The position numbers and the translations under genes are program-made. A model generated the notes under the pieces. That model was not told the DNA's origin. It worked only from the letters and a program-made list of their open reading frames with translations, and searched no databases. From Eledone cirrhosa (lineage: Eukaryota): DNA of 64,000 nt. The stretch spans positions 231,136,001 to 231,200,000 of the forward strand of contig OZ024741.1 of the NCBI GenBank assembly GCA_964016885.1, read 5' to 3'. Of this stretch, positions 57,411-64,000 are shown piece after piece; positions within the stretch are counted from its first letter, which is position 1; the number at the start of each line of letters is the position of its first letter.

Positions 57411-59533
57411 GAAATAACAGGAGGCTGAACTGATGTAAATCCTTGATAGGTGTATTATACTACGATCATTTCAATGACCGGGTTCCATATGAATCCGGTG
57501 ATATCATCAGGTATTGGAATATAACAAAGGAATATCTAAAAAGCCATGGGTCCGAAAAATCGGAGACAGAGAGGACGTCTGTCCAACTAGCTTCTCACCC
57601 AGCCGCCCTCAAAGTGTTGGCAACTGAAAACTACCAATGAATATCAGGTGAGGTGCGAAGGCTTATAATGCGCTACCACCACTCCGTCAAAGAAGAAGGG
57701 GAAGAAAAAAGAAAGGGAGAAAGAAGTGTATTGTAAGGGTCAAACTACATTCATGTTAGAAAATGCCGCAAAAAAAATGCTACCCAAAGAATCTATAATG
57801 AGTGTCTGTATGGTCTAATGTGTGAACCAAAGATTGGAACGTTAAACTTATGTTGTGAGTTATAGGATGAAATTAAATTAAATTAAAAATATTTAATTGC
57901 AAAATGGTAAATTGAAGTAGCGAGATGTATTTAATTAATGAATTTACGAAGAGAGTCTTATATGAAAAAAATGTTTAACTCGATAAGATATTAGTATGGG
58001 ATATAGAGTAAAGAATTCGATTGGGAGATCCGCCAGCACACCCAACACCATGAGTCAGCCAGTCTCGAGAATTATCGTCCAGCGAAAGAAATGGAAATAC
58101 ATTTTTCCGAGTACTCTAGGAAGGTAGCTAACTTTGGCCCCGGGATCCCTAGCGGGAACTCCACAGTTTCGACGGGCCATCGTCTATACCACAAATACTA
58201 TTACATCACACATTAGGGGTTTATTTACGTGTCAGTAGAGGCATGACACAGCTAATAGTCATGCCCAAACCTGGAGTTTGTAGGTACATGTACAATGTGG
58301 CGGCCAAAACAGGTGGCGCGGTGGGACCGGGGCAAAGCATCCGCTCCGAGTAATTTCATTTACCGAAAGAAGACAAATTTATTTTTCCGAGCACTCAAGG
58401 AAAGCTGAACTTTCCGAGTGCCCAGCGCGCAGCCGGGACAAGCCACCACACAAGTCGAAGGTAACAACCCAATGAAAAGTGCGAATAGACCAAAATTATT
58501 TTAAAGTCCCAGTTAGTTCGGGTTATAGGTAGTGTGGTGCATAATGCCCCGAGTAAGGAAAAGTTACCAAAAAATACGAAAAAATACGAAAAAACGAAAA
58601 GATGAAAAAATAATGAAAGCAGCATACAAAGATAAAAGACCAATATAAAGATAGAATACATTGATAAAAATACATTAATAAAATAATTTAAAAAAATAAT
58701 AAAATATACATTAATGAGATAGTAAAAAAATTAATAAAGGTAAATAAGAATCAATATAGATCAAGTTGTAGTAAGATAATACAAGTTGTACATATAGATA
58801 TAGAGGATGGAGGAGATGGAATGGTAACAGGTTATACCTAGTGTAAAGTTCAATGCGAGTCAGAAAATGTCCTGAGGTATAGAGTAGAGAATTCAGTCAA
58901 TACAATACATGTTTTAGTATAATACGTAGAGTTTTGTCGGAATCGGAATCATCCCGGCAAGGAAGTAGTATCAGGTGGCGGTAGATAAGGCGCAGAGCAG
59001 CCAAAATCCGAATTGTAAGTAGATCAGTTAATCACATGCTGGCAATAGCTGTACACTGAAGTCAGTGCCGCTGTTCAATATTACATTTTGAAGTGCTCAA
59101 CATTATAGGAGCATTATTTTTTTAGGTTTGTTGGTTCACCACTGGATAGAACTGGTCATTCCGTATGGTCAATCCTGGTGTAATATTATGAAGAGTACTC
59201 AACGCAGTGCAGTTCGCACATCTTTGTTTGTGTAGTTGGTGGTGCGAATACGGAGTTAATTATAAATGAAATAACAGGAGGCTGAACTGGTGTAAATCCG
59301 TGAAAGGTTTATTATACTATAATCATTTCAATGACCGGGTTCCATATGAATCCGGTGATATCAGGTATTGGAATATAACAAAGGAATATGTAAAAAGCCA
59401 TGGGTGGAGAGAGGAGGGCTGACCAACTAGCTACTCAGCCAGCCGCCCTCAAAGTGTTGGCAGCCGTCCTTTCTGTATCTGATTTTTCGGACCCATGGCT
59501 TTTTACACATTCCTTTGTTATATTCCAATATAC
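57403..59533 (-). mobile_element. PLE-like unit with no recognisable ORF: direct pseudo-LTRs (57403-57622 and 59261-59462) plus a short inversion (59463-59533)
   Basis: HHR at 57457-57514: atac CTGATGA tatc accgg attcatatggaac ccggt catt GAA ATGATCGT A gtat. The second copy has lost 3 nt of the core. Confidence 0.75.
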
Positions 59534-59899
59534 ATGGGCTACTCAGCCGTTAATATGCATAAGGAAAGTATATACTTTCGGACGTTCAACTATCTGGCAG
59601 GAAGGTATACGTTGCTGACGATAGCTAACAAGCTTGAAACTAGTACAGCGTTCCTTTGTCAGTGTTGAACAAACGAGCAAAGGTGGTTGCTACACACCGA
59701 GCATTATAATAAATGTTTGGTGAATCCATACGTACAAATATATATATGTACATGTATGTATATATATATTCATACTACTGTACGTCTGTATACATATATG
59801 TAAGTACGTATACATACTTACATATATATATATATATATATATATATGCATACTACTATACGTCTGTATACATATATGTATGTACGTATACATACTTAC

Positions 59900-59930
<31 letters not shown>

Positions 59931-59941
59931 CATATATATAC

Positions 59942-60114
<173 letters not shown>

Positions 60115-60169
60115 CATACACATGTATATATATATATACATATACATATATATATACATATATATATAT

Positions 60170-60249
<80 letters not shown>

Positions 60250-60497
60250 GTATATATATATATATTTCGTTTTCTGAATTTGTTTAGCAAGATTCTTTAT
60301 CTGAAAACGTGTGTTGAAACCGATATCGTTATACTTTGGGAGGGTCATGTTGCCAATAAGAAACACACGCACTAGTTGTTCACTTCAATTTGCTATAATA
60401 AATTTATAAATTCAGGAATTTATAAATTTATAATAAATTGAAGTGAAAGCAACTGGTGCTTGTGTTACTTATTAGCAACATGACCCTCCCAAAGTAT

Positions 60498-60529
<32 letters not shown>

Positions 60530-60542
<13 letters not shown>

Positions 60543-63500
60543 AAATATAAAAATATATAAATTTGTTTACATATAACGGTACATAAATATACACAGTGGG
60601 CTATACATGAAAGGGTGCACCTTGTTATATGTGCCTACAGAGGTGTTGTTATGTTGCGAACATGGATCAATCCACGTATGGAATCTTCATGCAAAGCCAC
60701 ATAATGTACGTTCATGGTATTACAGTAAGTAGTATGCGCAGACCGTACATAGAAAATGCGTGCAGAATATATATAAAAAAAGAAGGAACGTGTATGTATA
60801 TGAGATAGTACACAAGAGAAGTATGAGATACACACGTGGATCTGCATATGGAAAATACATTAGGTGTTAAAAACAGGAATGCTTGGAGAGTATGCACACT
60901 CTACTGAAAAGATACACATGCAGGTGCGTGCGTGGACCGGCCATACTGGAGTAGGTCACTGTGGTTGAGGTATAGTGTCTTATTGGTGTAAGGCACTTGA
61001 CTGAGTATCAATGGATTCCGGGTCAGCCTGTCTCGGCCCAGGCGATGTCTTTGCTTAGGATGACGTGCAGACTCGGGTAGGCATCATGGGCTATTTCGGC
61101 TTGCCCCACGGGGCATATATAGTCAACCGGGTATGGTGTCTGATCCCTTGATCCCACCGCATAACGCACAGCTGGAAGAATTTGAAAACCGTATCATCAT
61201 CATCGCCTGGAACATCAAATTCCGAAGGAATAATACACCACATATTGATTACCTCCGGAGATTGAGCTCTACAATCAAAAGCATGGAAGAATGCCCGGAT
61301 TTACTAGTGCCCTCAGACAAGATCGGTCATGTATACATGCTTGACCGATTTACATATAACGACTGCATCGGGAAAGAGGTTAGGAAAAACTACAGGACCA
61401 CAGGACAGGACAACTTAGATAACATTAACGCCACGAGATAAAAAATAATGACTGGGCTAGGAATAGATTATAGTACAGAACAATATGTACCCAGAAAACC
61501 ACGGATATCCATTAAGGATCATGAATTAGACTTTAGAACTAATCTACCTGTTAGGCTAATAGCACTCCTCCAAATCAGACATAGGTAGGACCAGCAAGAA
61601 TATCACAGACAAGATACTACCGGTACTTAGGAACAAAACTTGGCTTAGCTTATGGATCGCCACCAAGTAGGTACTTGACTGGTTCTCGTTAATAGAGAGC
61701 AAACTGCAGGTAAATTTTATTTAATTAGACATAGCGAATTACTACGCGTCAGTATCACCAGTAATCGTGAACAAGGCCCTCATGAGCGCCATGGCCAAGT
61801 CCAACCTCACTAGGAAGGAGGCAAGCCTCATAACAGCAGCGAGAAAGACGCTAATTAGCTTCGAAGATAAATTATGGTAGAGGAGGGACAGACCGACATT
61901 ACTATGGGGTCGAGCGACTCTGCGCAGATGACGGACCTGGTGGGAATATATCTCCTCCAAAGATTAGCGGAGGAGATTCCAGGGATCGGCGGGGGAATAT
62001 AGAGAGATGAGGCACCTTTTTACCTTCCGTTCCCTAAACCCAAGCCAGCTGGAGCGTATTAGGAAGCGCATATCGAACTTTTTTAAGCAACACGGCTTTT
62101 CCTTGACGATAGACCCTAGCACGAAGACGGTAAATTTCCTGGACGTTACCCTGGAAATGAATACGGGCATACGCCGACCTTATCACAGGCCCAATGAGAA
62201 CCTGCAATAAGTGAACAGGCAATCGAACCACTCTAAGTCAGTCATAGAAGCAATAGTTAAAGGGGTATCCAAACGCCTATCCTCCCTGCCGGCCAACGCC
62301 GACGTATTCAACCAGCACGCCGACTATTATAATGAGGCACTGCGCAGGGCCGGTTACACAGAAACCATAGTGTACACCACGGACAGGGGAGTGACGATCG
62401 CCGAGGCATGCGGATACGAACATAGCAGTATACATCCATAGGTAGACGGAACGACCCGGAACTAGCTTTCAGGAAAGCGAGTAGCAGCATAGATCACCAC
62501 AAGGACATAAGACCGACAATAAGACAGACGAAGACACACACAGGTGCCAGACCACCCAGTAGACGTAGACAGAAGCCCGGCACGCGCACCACATGCGTCG
62601 CGGAAACTAGTACTAGGGACAGGTTAAGGACAGGTACGGCTGTGGAACCTGGTAGAGGGAACAACCGGCCCTGTAGCAATGACCTAGCCCTGACAACAGT
62701 ACCACATAGCATTAACGAGACTAACAGTAGAGCCGACAATACAAAACGGAATAACTTAGTAAGAAAACGACGTAACCCCGACACCCACGGTAGACATATA
62801 GATAGCGGCAACATCGTGGACGAAATAACGGGCAGGCAAAACTCGATACGGACACCTGGCCCAACATACATTCACACTAGACACACACGAAGGAACAAGA
62901 CAAGGTCTAAGGCCGTTACTTGTTTTAACGCACCTTATTCTAAGCATGTATGCAGCAATGTACCAGGCCTATTCTTCCGAGAGTTGGACGAGTGCTTCCC
63001 GCCGTCGAACAGATACCACAAGATTTTCAACCACCACACGGTGAAGTTCTCCTTCTCCACCGCACCTAACATGGCAGACTACATGGCCAAAACCAAAGCG
63101 GCGAAGATGGGGAACCTCGACCGTCAACCGCGGTGGCCGAAGCACCGTCCATTGGAGCCCAAAGGGCCCATTGCAGACCGGTCTTCCAACTAAAACACGG
63201 CCCATGCGGCGACCGCCACGCCCGCGGAAGACGATACAATCCAATGCCGGGCAGAAATGAGTGGCGGAGAGGAGATCACTGTTTTGGCAGAACAACACCC
63301 TGAGAATCAGGAGAGCGCCGTGGCAGATCAAGGGCAAGGCGTCCGAAATGAACAGTATAACGACAGAACGTGCAACTGCGGAGTGGGCACACAGTGCCCT
63401 CTGCAGGGAAGAGGTGTAGCGAAGTGCCTGGTATATAAATGTGTGGTTAGCACGCATAATATAAAGTGCACCTACATCGGGGCAACATCCACGACCTTTA

Positions 63501-64000
63501 AATCGCGGATGTATAACCACACAAACTCTTTCAAGGACCGAGGCATTCTACTAGGCTGGCTGACCTGGTGTGGGACTTGAAAGTAAGGCACCCCGTATGC
63601 CCTAAACTGGAATATCGTTCGACACGCGAATGCATATTCGGTTGGAATAGAAAGTGTAGGCTATGCCTATCCGAGGCAATGGAGATAGTCAGACTGAAGG
63701 ATGATGCGGTCAACCTGAAATCGGAAATAATACTAACGTGCAGACACGAAAGAAGGTGCACACTCTCCGCATGGAATCCACCGGGCAGCCCAAACTAAAA
63801 GAATGCAGCGGAGCGCACGCCGACCAGAGCAGCGTAACGGGTTCAGGGGATCAGACACCATACCATGTTGACTATATATGCTCCGTGGGGAAAGACGAAA
63901 TAACCCAGGATGCCTACACGACTCTGCACGTCACCCTAGGCAAAAACATCGCCTGGGCCGGAACAGGCTGACCCGGATTCCATTGATACTCAGTCAAGTA
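60530..64000 (+). mobile_element. Penelope-like element (degenerate RT, long linker, GIY-YIG) with inverted 5' pseudo-LTR; runs off the window
   Basis: VPSDK; DIANYYAS; MGSSDSAQMTDLVG; NFLDVTL; CFNAPYS; CNCGVGTQCPL..LVYKC..YIGATSTTFKSRMYNH. 60997-61147 is the reverse complement of 63847-63999. Confidence 0.9.

Overview
Eukaryotic, very AT-rich, repeat-dominated DNA. The (TA)n microsatellite load, SINE type and LINE tail suggest an octopus/cephalopod genome (inference). Host coding content is three 135-bp phase-1/1 EGF-like exons on + (3.2-7.9 kb). The rest is mobile DNA nested in (TA)n tracts: at least six Penelope-like retroelement (PLE) RT/GIY-YIG relics, a CR1-type LINE, an L1/Tx1-like relic, SINEs, a Helitron-like insert, and a ~10 kb tandem segmental duplication. 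The main signal the ORF track misses is about 50 type-I hammerhead ribozyme (HHR) motifs, found by eye, in about 18 sequence families. They occur in PLE pseudo-LTRs, in ORF-less fold-back elements and in tandem arrays. The largest array is 15 x 310 bp and near-identical (18091-22720), with an HHR in a highly structured unit; it is a candidate retrozyme (circular RNA-derived) array. The two duplicated EGF exons show an excess of amino-acid replacements. All structures were inferred by manual base-pairing; no folding, searches or activity data were available.
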